Of a stretch of DNA of 24,000 nucleotides, positions 8,694-16,626 are shown in pieces. The stretch comes from Rhizobium phage RHEph22. Below the pieces are notes generated by a model, which was not told the DNA's origin, ran no database searches, and saw only the letters and a program-made list of their open reading frames with translations. The stretch lies in the sequence record MW980071.1, one strand, 5' to 3'. Both the position numbers and the translations under genes were made by a program. Each line of letters opens with the position of its first letter. Position 1 is the stretch's first letter.

Positions 8694-9307
8694 TCATTAA
8701 TGGGGCATACCTGAAACTTGCCGCTCCCATCATTAATATGTTGAGCAAGAAGGTGAAGGCTCATGGTGTGTCCCATGGTCTCTCTGAAGTAGGTTATGAC
8801 ATTCGTGTCAAACAGAAGATTGAGTGGTTTCCTCCAAGTGTAGAAACTTTTCTCTACCTTCTGGAGGATCGCGATACTGGGGCAGTAACCCATGAGTACT
8901 TATTGAAGGAAGGGAAAAAAGCAATCCATGGATACACAAGAGTATATACATCGGAGACTGATTTCGTTGAGTCCATTGGGCGCACTGCTCTTGCTAGCTC
9001 AATCGAAGAATTCGATCTCCCAATCGACCTATGGGGAGAACTCAGAAACAAATCCACCCATGCACGACGATTCTTTGATGCCACCATCGGCACAGACATG
9101 GAACCAGGATGGAAAGGCTTCCTGACCATCGAGATCATCTTTCATGGTCTTCAACCCATTACTATCCCTGCTGGATCAGGTATCGCCAAAGCGGTCTTTC
9201 ACGAGCTAAAGGATCACGCGAGATATGACGGCAAATATCAATCTCAACCAGATGCGCCAGTCCCTTCGATCTACCTCTTCAACGAAGAGGATCAGAGTAG
9301 GTCATAG
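8690..9307 (+). CDS. dcd: dCTP deaminase/dUTPase-family protein
   Basis: LSEVGYDIRVKQ, DLPIDLWGELRNKSTHARRFFDATIGTDMEPGWKGFLTIEIIFHG, IPAGSGIAKAVFHEL and YDGKYQSQ match the Dcd/Dut trimeric-family motif order. Confidence 0.85.
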   Translation: MIINGAYLKLAAPIINMLSKKVKAHGVSHGLSEVGYDIRVKQKIEWFPPSVETFLYLLEDRDTGAVTHEYLLKEGKKAIHGYTRVYTSETDFVESIGRTALASSIEEFDLPIDLWGELRNKSTHARRFFDATIGTDMEPGWKGFLTIEIIFHGLQPITIPAGSGIAKAVFHELKDHARYDGKYQSQPDAPVPSIYLFNEEDQSRS

Positions 9308-9710
9308 CGATAAGGGTTATCTTTATCGCTATGATACCTCTTGGTCTTCAGACTGGGTGCATACACGTCAACCCATCTTTCAATGTTGGGAATACCCCAT
9401 TATCTCTGTGACCCCCCACACCTATCTTATTTATGATGGAGCACAGAACCGCAGAATCTATAAAAATAATTCTCGTGGTTGGGCACATGCCAACGAAGTT
9501 GATGCAAGAGAGCATTTCGTTAAACGGAAGCTCAATCAGTATTACATCATCGCTGCACAGTTAGAAGACGCAGCTACTGTTCTCCGTGCCATTATGGAGG
9601 ATTGGGGCAAGGATGTTGGGGATCTTCCTGATCGCAAGACAATTCATGAAGTCTTCCAAGAGGAACTGCAAATGCAGCTTATGGAAGAAAGAACATTAGA
9701 AGGAATTTAA
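9225..9710 (+). CDS. Hypothetical protein; start uncertain
   Basis: 161-aa ORF. The first ~28 codons overlap the dcd-like gene. The later part (GHSDKGYLYRYDTSW...FVKRKLNQYYIIAAQLEDAATVLRAI) looks coding. The real start may lie downstream of 9225. Confidence 0.6.
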   Translation: MTANINLNQMRQSLRSTSSTKRIRVGHSDKGYLYRYDTSWSSDWVHTRQPIFQCWEYPIISVTPHTYLIYDGAQNRRIYKNNSRGWAHANEVDAREHFVKRKLNQYYIIAAQLEDAATVLRAIMEDWGKDVGDLPDRKTIHEVFQEELQMQLMEERTLEGI

Positions 9711-9711
9711 C

Positions 9712-10089
9712 TTGATTCTAAATCTCTTGAACCATGACTGGTTGGCATTAATCCTCCTGTTATGGTGTTTTCACTATATAGCAGACTACCCCTTCCAAGG
9801 GGATTTTCTTGCTGTGCAGAAGAATCCATACCTCCCAGAGGAAAAGCGTTATGCGCCTTGGGAGGAAGCCATGAGAGCGCATTGTGCTATTCATGGTCTC
9901 TTCGTAGGGATCCTCACTGGATCCGTTCTCTTGGGTCTCCTAGAGGCAACTGTGCACACCTTTATTGATGTGTTCAAATGCGCAGGTATCTTTGGATATC
10001 GAGCAGACCAGTACATTCATCTAGGTTTTAAGCTCCTATGGACTGCTGTGGTGTATTATTGCTTTACACACGGCATACCCTTGTACTAG
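9712..10089 (+). CDS. DUF3307-like phage membrane protein
   Basis: TTG start with AAGGA upstream. FHYIADYPFQGDFLAVQKN motif followed by hydrophobic segments and HTFIDVFKCAG...RADQYIHLGFKLLW. Confidence 0.8.
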   Translation: MILNLLNHDWLALILLLWCFHYIADYPFQGDFLAVQKNPYLPEEKRYAPWEEAMRAHCAIHGLFVGILTGSVLLGLLEATVHTFIDVFKCAGIFGYRADQYIHLGFKLLWTAVVYYCFTHGIPLY

Positions 10090-10096
10090 GTGATCT

Positions 10097-10207
10097 ATGG
10101 GGAACAGACAGCTTCACAAAGCAGTGTTTATCTATTTGGGTGCTGCCGTGTTCGCTCTAAGCATGGTCTTTATTATAGGACTCATGCTCTACCCGTTCAT
10201 GGAGTAG
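10097..10207 (+). CDS. 36-aa single-pass membrane microprotein (below the ORF-track cutoff)
   Basis: ATG 10097 with AGGTG 5 nt upstream; MGNRQLHKAVFIYLGAAVFALSMVFIIGLMLYPFME*. Fits exactly between the flanking genes, and its end supplies GGAG for the next ATG at 10212. Confidence 0.7.
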   Translation: MGNRQLHKAVFIYLGAAVFALSMVFIIGLMLYPFME

Positions 10208-10211
10208 TTCG

Positions 10212-10433
10212 ATGTATCTAGGTGGTAAAACTCGAAATGCAAAAGACCAAGTAACCCTACAAGGTCGTAGACAAGCTGCCGCTAAAGGCAGAGAAATAAT
10301 TCGACAATTCAGAGAAGAAGCATCAGCAGTCTTGCTGGAAGTACCAATGCTTGAGCTTCTCGACTCGACACCATCTGAAGGAGATCTTCTGGTGTCTGGT
10401 GCATTTAATCAGAAAATCAATTTTGATTATTGA
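10212..10433 (+). CDS. Hypothetical protein
   Basis: 73 aa, GGAG 7 nt upstream of ATG. Confidence 0.7.
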   Translation: MYLGGKTRNAKDQVTLQGRRQAAAKGREIIRQFREEASAVLLEVPMLELLDSTPSEGDLLVSGAFNQKINFDY

Positions 10434-10442
10434 TTGTAGAGC

Positions 10443-10464
10443 CTACCCATCCTTCGATGGGTAG
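10443..10464 (+). other. Strong intergenic hairpin, not a canonical terminator
   Basis: CTACCCATC-CTTC-GATGGGTAG, perfect 9-bp stem, no U tract. A second small hairpin CCCC-AATAA-GGGG follows. Confidence 0.7.
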
Positions 10465-10516
10465 TTATGTGCAATCAAGCACACCCCAATAAGGGGCAAA
10501 TCATAAGGACATATTC

Positions 10517-10741
10517 ATGAGTGCAATTATTCGATTCCGTAAGGCTACGGACCGTAAGTTCTTTTCCCTTCGTGCAGACCAGATCAAGGCTGTTGAAGAC
10601 ACGGTAGGTACCCTTACTGAGGGTGGTGAGCAGCAGGACGTTGTTGTCCTGATTACCGAGCTTGGCAACATCCCTGTGGATGAATCGTCCAACAAGGTTC
10701 TCGGTCTCTTGGAAGAAGCTGGTCAGACCGTTATCAAGTAA
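10517..10741 (+). CDS. Hypothetical protein
   Basis: 74 aa, AAGGA ~8 nt upstream of ATG. Confidence 0.78.
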   Translation: MSAIIRFRKATDRKFFSLRADQIKAVEDTVGTLTEGGEQQDVVVLITELGNIPVDESSNKVLGLLEEAGQTVIK

Positions 10742-10748
10742 TTGGAGA

Positions 10749-10798
10749 TCCCCATTGGAAATCGAGCGTAAACCTATACGGTCCCTTATCAATGGGGA
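10749..10798 (+). promoter_or_regulatory. Putative RNA structure upstream of thyA
   Basis: TCCCCATTG (10749-10757) is perfectly complementary to CAATGGGGA (10790-10798), with an inner CGTA/TACG helix, in the 143-nt gap before thyA. Confidence 0.4.
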
Positions 10799-10884
10799 AC
10801 GCCATCTTGGCAAAGAGCTTCAACGCCTCAGAACTGAGGGCTGGTCTTTGAACCTGAGCCACTCATTCGCATGGAGAAAGCTTC

Positions 10885-11697
10885 ATGAAGCAATACCTAG
10901 ACTTGATCAATTTGGTTCTCCATCAGGGAACCAAGAAAGGCGATAGAACCGGGACCGGGACTATCGATTATTTCTCTCCACCAAGTATCGAAGTTCACTT
11001 GGGGGATGGGTTCCCACTCCTGACAACCAAGAAGCTTCCCTTCAGACTCATTGCAGAGGAAACCCTCTGGTTCCTCGCAGGATCAACCAACAACAACGAT
11101 CTCGTCGCAAAGGATGTCCACATCTGGGATGAGTGGGCTGATCCCATCACAGGCTCTCTGGGACCGATTTACGGGCATCAGTGGAGACGTTGTGAAGGCG
11201 TAGACGTTGAAGGTAATGCGGTCGAAGTCGACCAAATTCAAAACCTCGTCAACGATCTCAGGAACAATCCAGAATCACGACGACTGATTGTCGATTCGTG
11301 GGATGTCGTTAACCTGAAGCATATGGCTCTAACCCCTTGTCATTGCCTGTTCCAATGCAATGTGACCAACGGTCAACTGGATCTCAAGATGTATCAAAGA
11401 TCAGCAGATCTTTTCTTGGGGGTTCCATTCAATATTGCCTCCTATGCTCTCCTGACTCACATGTTGGCTCAGGTAGCAGGACTGGAACCAGGAAGGCTCA
11501 TCATCTCGTACGGCTCTGCTCATATCTATCTGAACCATGTGGAGCAGATCAAAGAGCAGCTTACCCGTACACCTCTGCCGTTGCCCAAGCTTGTCTTGGA
11601 CGACAGTGTAAAGGAAATCAATGACTTCACGATGGAGAGCTTCCGTCTTGAAGGATACCAATCACATGCCCGCATTCAGGGGGATGTATCAGTTTAG
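10885..11697 (+). CDS. thyA: Thymidylate synthase (ThyA family)
   Basis: MKQYLDLINLVLHQGTKKGDRTGTGT, LIAEETLWFLAGSTN, VHIWDEWADP, GPIYGHQWR, TPCHCLFQ, YQRSADLFLGVPFNIASYALL and AHIYLNHVEQ. Confidence 0.97.
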   Translation: MKQYLDLINLVLHQGTKKGDRTGTGTIDYFSPPSIEVHLGDGFPLLTTKKLPFRLIAEETLWFLAGSTNNNDLVAKDVHIWDEWADPITGSLGPIYGHQWRRCEGVDVEGNAVEVDQIQNLVNDLRNNPESRRLIVDSWDVVNLKHMALTPCHCLFQCNVTNGQLDLKMYQRSADLFLGVPFNIASYALLTHMLAQVAGLEPGRLIISYGSAHIYLNHVEQIKEQLTRTPLPLPKLVLDDSVKEINDFTMESFRLEGYQSHARIQGDVSV

Positions 11698-11729
11698 TAG
11701 ACTGAATTTATAGAGGTCTACTGTGTAAT

Positions 11730-11751
11730 GGGGATGGGGAAACCTATCCCC
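11730..11751 (+). promoter_or_regulatory. GNRA-capped hairpin just upstream of the rIIA-like gene
   Basis: GGGGATGGG-GAAA-CCTATCCCC: 9-bp stem with one G-U pair, GAAA tetraloop, ~8 nt before the AAGGAG ribosome-binding site and no U tract. Confidence 0.6.
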
Positions 11752-11773
11752 TAATTCTTAAGGAGACGACACT

Positions 11774-14284
11774 TTGGAAGTCGCACATCAGACAGATCAA
11801 ACCACCCATGTTGTTATTGGTGGCGGTGCAGTTGAAAAATTTCAGATGGCTCAGACGGGTCATTTCTTCGAGATTCTCTCGAATACTCTTTATGCCAATG
11901 GCAAGTTGGCAATGATCCGTGAGGTACTTTGTAATGCCTGGGATAGTCATATTGCTAGTGGTGTCATGGGCACTGCTATCAATATTTCACTGGATGCTAA
12001 TGAGCTTGTCATTCGTGACTATGGTCTTGGTATTCCCCATCATCTTGTTCATCAGATCTATTGCGTCTACGGTAATTCTACTAAGACGAATGACGGTAAT
12101 CAGACTGGTGGTTTCGGTCTTGGTTCTAAGGCTCCGTTTGCCTATACCAAGCATTTCATTGTCACCAACCACCATGATGGCAAGAAGGTGGTACATGCCA
12201 TTTCTCGTGGCAACAACGGGGATGGAACTCCAGAACGTCGTGTCGTTGTCGATGTACCAACGACAGAGCAGGGCGTAGAAGTCAAAATCCCTGTCAAAGA
12301 CTCCCGAGACATGGGTATTCTGAGGGAATACATCGAAACCGTTGCTAAGTACGGTGAAATGAATGTTCTGCTCAATGGGAAGAAACTTGAGCGTTTCAAC
12401 CTGTCAGCATCCACGGATGGTTTTTACGTTGCTCAAAGTGAGAACTTTGGTCTCAACAGCAATTCCAGAGTCTATATTCGCTATGGCAATGTTATCTATC
12501 CTGTAGAGCAGCATGGGGAATACACCCAAGAAATTTCAAAAGTAATTGATTTCCTGGAAAGTCTACCGGGTGATAATAGCTGGAGCAGTCGCAATACCTG
12601 GAAAATCTGCTTCCAAGCCCCACCAAACAGTATCACTGTTACTCCTTCCCGTGAGTCCATTCAGGTTACACCAGTTACTGCTAAAACCCTGAAAGCATTG
12701 TTTCTTAAGGTTGATACCGCAAAAACAATGCACCAGCTTGCAGTTCTTCGGAACCAAATGGTGAAGGATGCTACGGAACACTATGCCAAACAGCATCCTG
12801 AAATGCTTAAAAACTTTCTGGATGGTGGTGCTCCCTTTGTAAAGGGAACAGACCTAGACCACCTTGGTAGACAGAAACCAATCCTTTCCTTGGAAGATGC
12901 ACGACAGAGAATCGTTCGTCATAGGTTCAGGATGGATACCTCTGACTACATCATGCGTCTTGAGCTTCTTGCTGAAACTCAACCTCATAACAAAGCAATC
13001 CTTAAAATGCTTTGTAGGAAGATGGCAGTCACACCAGGGAATCATTCCAATATCTGGTATGACGATCAACCACTGAATGCCAGTGCTTTCGTAAAGAAGT
13101 ACAGGACTAAACTTGCTACTGCTATTGATAAGCAGGAAGGGATGGCTTCTACTAATCTCTTCTATGTAAGTCGTGGAACCAGGAATAGGAACTGTGATCT
13201 TACAGAAGCTAAGAACTGGAAACCTCGTGAGATGGACCACGTTCTAGCATTCTTCAAGAACAAGATTTATCTCACTTATTCCAAGATTGCTATCAGTGAG
13301 CATAAGCATGATCTTGTACGAGACCATGGGGACTTCGGTAACACCTTTGGTGTGCCAGTCTATGTGGTTCCTCGTCGTAAAGATGCCTATAAACAGGCTC
13401 TTGCTTTCTTCACCTCCAAGGGTTGGGAAGTCATCGACGTAGACGGCTATATCCAGAAGAACAATCTCCAGAAGGTTAAGGAAGTAGATCCTACTCCCAA
13501 AGCCCCTAAGGTTGTCGGTATCCCTACTCTGTGGATGCTCAGGGATCCTCGTAACGGTTGCTTCCTTCCTCGTGGTCATCTGGCATATGACTGTACAGGC
13601 AAGCGTATCGAAAACCCAAAGGCAGTCTTTACCGCTGAGGATCTCAGTGGGAGAGATTATACCCATAAATTCTTCGATGCTAAGATGGACAAGGTAGGAC
13701 TGAGTATCCTTCATCTCATTGGTTCCGAATCAGCAATCGCTGTTAATTCCCGTCAGAAGGATAAATACATTGCTAACGGATCCAAGGATGGATACCAATA
13801 TCTTGCCGAATGCATGTGGGAAGAGTTTGAAACCAATACGGTATTGGTTGACTACTTTGGTAAATTCAAACTGAACCTTGGTACCTCAGAGGGGGGCTCA
13901 ATTCATCAATTGTGGTTGGTGTCTCAAAAGATGCCTGCCATCAAAAAGATGATGAAATATCCTCGTGGTTTCACTGTTGAGGAGAAGCAATGGGCAGCGA
14001 TCTGGAACCATCTCAATACAGATGTAGGTTCCTATCGAAGTCAAGATAATAGAAACTATTGGCCTGTGGTTATGCTCCCCTTCCTGGATAAGATTACAAA
14101 CCTTATTCAGGAATCAAAACAACAACCATGCCCTGAAAGGGATGAAATCCAAAAGCGTATTCAATCAAAGATGTTTAAGTACATCAATTTGTTTGAAATT
14201 CTGGAAATCCTCTCTGATTCTAAAACAACCCAGCAAGAAAAGGATGACGCTGAAGGCGTACTTCTCCTTGCACTAGAAGGATAA
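11774..14284 (+). CDS. rIIA: rIIA-like protein with GHKL-type ATPase domain
   Basis: 836 aa, TTG start with AAGGAG 8 nt upstream. GHKL motifs IREVLCNAWDSH, VIRDYGLGIPHH and GGFGLGSKAPFAYTKHF. An rIIB-like gene lies directly downstream. Confidence 0.88.
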   Translation: MEVAHQTDQTTHVVIGGGAVEKFQMAQTGHFFEILSNTLYANGKLAMIREVLCNAWDSHIASGVMGTAINISLDANELVIRDYGLGIPHHLVHQIYCVYGNSTKTNDGNQTGGFGLGSKAPFAYTKHFIVTNHHDGKKVVHAISRGNNGDGTPERRVVVDVPTTEQGVEVKIPVKDSRDMGILREYIETVAKYGEMNVLLNGKKLERFNLSASTDGFYVAQSENFGLNSNSRVYIRYGNVIYPVEQHGEYTQEISKVIDFLESLPGDNSWSSRNTWKICFQAPPNSITVTPSRESIQVTPVTAKTLKALFLKVDTAKTMHQLAVLRNQMVKDATEHYAKQHPEMLKNFLDGGAPFVKGTDLDHLGRQKPILSLEDARQRIVRHRFRMDTSDYIMRLELLAETQPHNKAILKMLCRKMAVTPGNHSNIWYDDQPLNASAFVKKYRTKLATAIDKQEGMASTNLFYVSRGTRNRNCDLTEAKNWKPREMDHVLAFFKNKIYLTYSKIAISEHKHDLVRDHGDFGNTFGVPVYVVPRRKDAYKQALAFFTSKGWEVIDVDGYIQKNNLQKVKEVDPTPKAPKVVGIPTLWMLRDPRNGCFLPRGHLAYDCTGKRIENPKAVFTAEDLSGRDYTHKFFDAKMDKVGLSILHLIGSESAIAVNSRQKDKYIANGSKDGYQYLAECMWEEFETNTVLVDYFGKFKLNLGTSEGGSIHQLWLVSQKMPAIKKMMKYPRGFTVEEKQWAAIWNHLNTDVGSYRSQDNRNYWPVVMLPFLDKITNLIQESKQQPCPERDEIQKRIQSKMFKYINLFEILEILSDSKTTQQEKDDAEGVLLLALEG

Positions 14285-14288
14285 TGAA

Positions 14289-16328
14289 ATGACGCAAATT
14301 CGCGTTAAAACCATTATGGTTGACGAAGCATCTGCTACCTTCTTTCTTGAGGATGGCAGTACCTTCATTGTGAACCAAGGGGAAACTCGCCTTAAGCGTA
14401 TGATCGATAAGGCAACTCCCATTATCAAGGCTGGTCAGATTGCCGTCCTTGATACGGAAGAGGGTGTAGTTGAAGATGAAACCTCTTCTGAAATCTTCTC
14501 CGGTTTCGAGAAGCGTTCTGGTGGGTTTATGAAGTTCTTCCGGGCAGCAAAGGATGCTGTTAAGAACCTCTTCCATACCCACGAAGATGACTACTCAAAT
14601 AAGCAGGTAGCTCCCAAGGTACCGGTTATGGCAATCATGCCTACGGTATTCGAAGAGTCTGCCAAACCTCCTGTACAGGTCGATAAGGGCATGTATGCCC
14701 CTATTGAAGAACCTGCTTCAGATCAAGGCACTGAGCCTGAGTTTGAAGAGGAAGGGGGTATTGAGGAAGAAATCAAGCTTCCTGAGCTTTCTGTGAAGCC
14801 TCTCACCTCTGACACTATCACCAAGAACGAAACTGTTGTGGCAGTTCTGCCTAATGGTCGTATCATTCCTGGTATGGAAAACCTCAAATCTCATCTGAAC
14901 CATGCAAAGGATCCAGATCAGGTTGAAGGTGTTAAGAAGCTCGTCGAACGTATGTCCGTCATGCTAGATAAGCGTGCGCACAGTGTTGACGATCTTCTTC
15001 TTTTCATGGAACGGGGTGACATGCCTGTTACCATTAAGGGGGATATCATCGCCTATAAGGCTTTGAATTCTTCTAGCAATGGAAAAACTTTTACCGACAA
15101 ACATACCGGCAAGGTAAAGCAACGTGTTGGTTCGTATGTCAATGTCCGTGAGGATCTTGTTGACAAGAACCGTCGCAATGAATGCTCTAATGGTCTGCAT
15201 GTAGCTCGTAAGGGTTATCTGAAGGGCTTTGCTAATCGGAAGGACCCAATCTTCATTATTCTGGTAGCTCCAGAAGATGTTGTGACGGTTCCTCATGGCG
15301 ATCCTAATAAGGTTCGCTGCATGGGTTATCACATCGTTGCAAAACTTTCAGACGAGGCAGCAGAGGCAGTTCTTAATAACAAGCCTATTACCGATTTCCC
15401 AGACATGAAAGCTCTGCTTGCAGAGATCATTAAGGGGAACCATGTTCCTCGTCTGGAGTCCGTCCAGATCAATGGTCAATATGGTGAAGGTCTGAAGATC
15501 ACTCCTCTTGGTACTCGTGAAGAACGTCTTGCATGGAAGTTCGAAACGACTGCTACTGAGGAAGAAATTCAGAAGGCTGAGGCAGTTACTCATATTGAGG
15601 AAAAGGCTACCCAAATCCGGGAACAGGAGAGGGGTGCCAAGCTTGATGTGAATGAGCTTGCCAAGAAGGTGGAAGACGTTAAGCCTGAATCCTACCAGGA
15701 ACGTGTTCAACGTGCTCTGGATGAGAAAGATGTTCCCTTCATTCAGGAACTGGTCAATAAGAAGCGTAAAGCTAAGAAGGCTTGGATTACTTATGATCTA
15801 AGCCCTATCCTTGGTAAAAAGCTTATTGATTTCCTTGCTGAGCAGCAGATCGCTGACAAGGCACCGGAGGTGCCTGAAGTCAAGCAGGATGCTGCACCTG
15901 AAGCTCCTAAGACCGAACCAGTGAAAGACACTGGCGCTCCTAAGGATGCTCAGAAAAAGCTGACCTTCTATGATGAAGTTCTCTTAGCTCTACTGGAAGA
16001 CGATGCTCAAGCGGCATCTGCTCTGGTAGCACGTAAGCGTACTGCTAAGAAATCGTGGTCTTCTCTAGGACTTAACGACCAAGAAGCAGAGAAGCTCATC
16101 AAACTTGCAGGTACCGCTGCTCAGGTAGCACCTGCTCCTGAACCAGTGAAGGAAGCAGTTCTTGTTGTAACTTCTCCTGATCTCAGTGCTCCTGCTAAGG
16201 ATTGGGCTCGTTACTATTATGAAACCAAGAACTGGAATCAACTGAAGAATCTCAAGAAAGCCAAGAAGGTCAATTGGACTCGTCTCGGTTTCATTCCTGA
16301 AGAGGTCGAAGAGATCTCCAAGCACTAA
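14289..16328 (+). CDS. rIIB: rIIB-like protein with C-terminal repeats
   Basis: 679 aa directly after the rIIA-like gene. KGDIIAYKALNSSSNGKTFTDKHTGKVKQRVGSYVNVREDLVDKNRRNECSNGLHVARKGYLKGF...EDVVTVPHGDPNKVRCMGYHIVAKL is characteristic of phage rIIB-like proteins. Confidence 0.88.
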   Translation: MTQIRVKTIMVDEASATFFLEDGSTFIVNQGETRLKRMIDKATPIIKAGQIAVLDTEEGVVEDETSSEIFSGFEKRSGGFMKFFRAAKDAVKNLFHTHEDDYSNKQVAPKVPVMAIMPTVFEESAKPPVQVDKGMYAPIEEPASDQGTEPEFEEEGGIEEEIKLPELSVKPLTSDTITKNETVVAVLPNGRIIPGMENLKSHLNHAKDPDQVEGVKKLVERMSVMLDKRAHSVDDLLLFMERGDMPVTIKGDIIAYKALNSSSNGKTFTDKHTGKVKQRVGSYVNVREDLVDKNRRNECSNGLHVARKGYLKGFANRKDPIFIILVAPEDVVTVPHGDPNKVRCMGYHIVAKLSDEAAEAVLNNKPITDFPDMKALLAEIIKGNHVPRLESVQINGQYGEGLKITPLGTREERLAWKFETTATEEEIQKAEAVTHIEEKATQIREQERGAKLDVNELAKKVEDVKPESYQERVQRALDEKDVPFIQELVNKKRKAKKAWITYDLSPILGKKLIDFLAEQQIADKAPEVPEVKQDAAPEAPKTEPVKDTGAPKDAQKKLTFYDEVLLALLEDDAQAASALVARKRTAKKSWSSLGLNDQEAEKLIKLAGTAAQVAPAPEPVKEAVLVVTSPDLSAPAKDWARYYYETKNWNQLKNLKKAKKVNWTRLGFIPEEVEEISKH

Positions 16329-16333
16329 ACAAG

Positions 16334-16359
16334 AACCCCCTCTGTAATGGAGGGGGTTT
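16334..16359 (+). terminator. Probable terminator
   Basis: AACCCCCTC-TGTAATG-GAGGGGGTT: 9-bp stem, short T-rich tail, directly downstream of the rIIB-like gene. Confidence 0.72.
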
Positions 16360-16383
16360 CCTTTCCCCTAGTGAGTAATGCGC

Positions 16384-16626
16384 ATGACAGATAACAATAA
16401 CACTAAGAAGCTTGCCAAGATCATTAACCTTTTAAACTTCGATTGGAAATCCAGACCTCATCTGGTTAATCGAATTACTCAGACTGAGAAGGTTACTGTA
16501 TTTGATGAAGCAGGTCAGCCTACAGAGAAAGAGGTAGAGTTCTTTATCTCTACCGAAACTATGGAAAAACTGTGCAAACTGCTGCGTGAGCAGGCAGGAC
16601 TACCCACGGTGCATACCAGTGAGTAA
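16384..16626 (+). CDS. Hypothetical protein
   Basis: Track ORF starts at 16378; the second ATG at 16384 is the better-spaced alternative. Translates MTDNNNTKKLAKIINLLNFDWKSRPHLVNRITQ... Confidence 0.72.
   Translation: MTDNNNTKKLAKIINLLNFDWKSRPHLVNRITQTEKVTVFDEAGQPTEKEVEFFISTETMEKLCKLLREQAGLPTVHTSE

Noticed and set aside
10212-10433. Idea that this protein is a recognised regulator or host-takeover factor
   Set aside because: No recognisable domain; the position alone is not sufficient support for a function.
12854-13714. Minus-strand ORFs of 128 and 156 aa within the rIIA-like gene
   Set aside because: Antisense shadows of a 2.5-kb conserved coding gene, with no ribosome-binding context or motifs.
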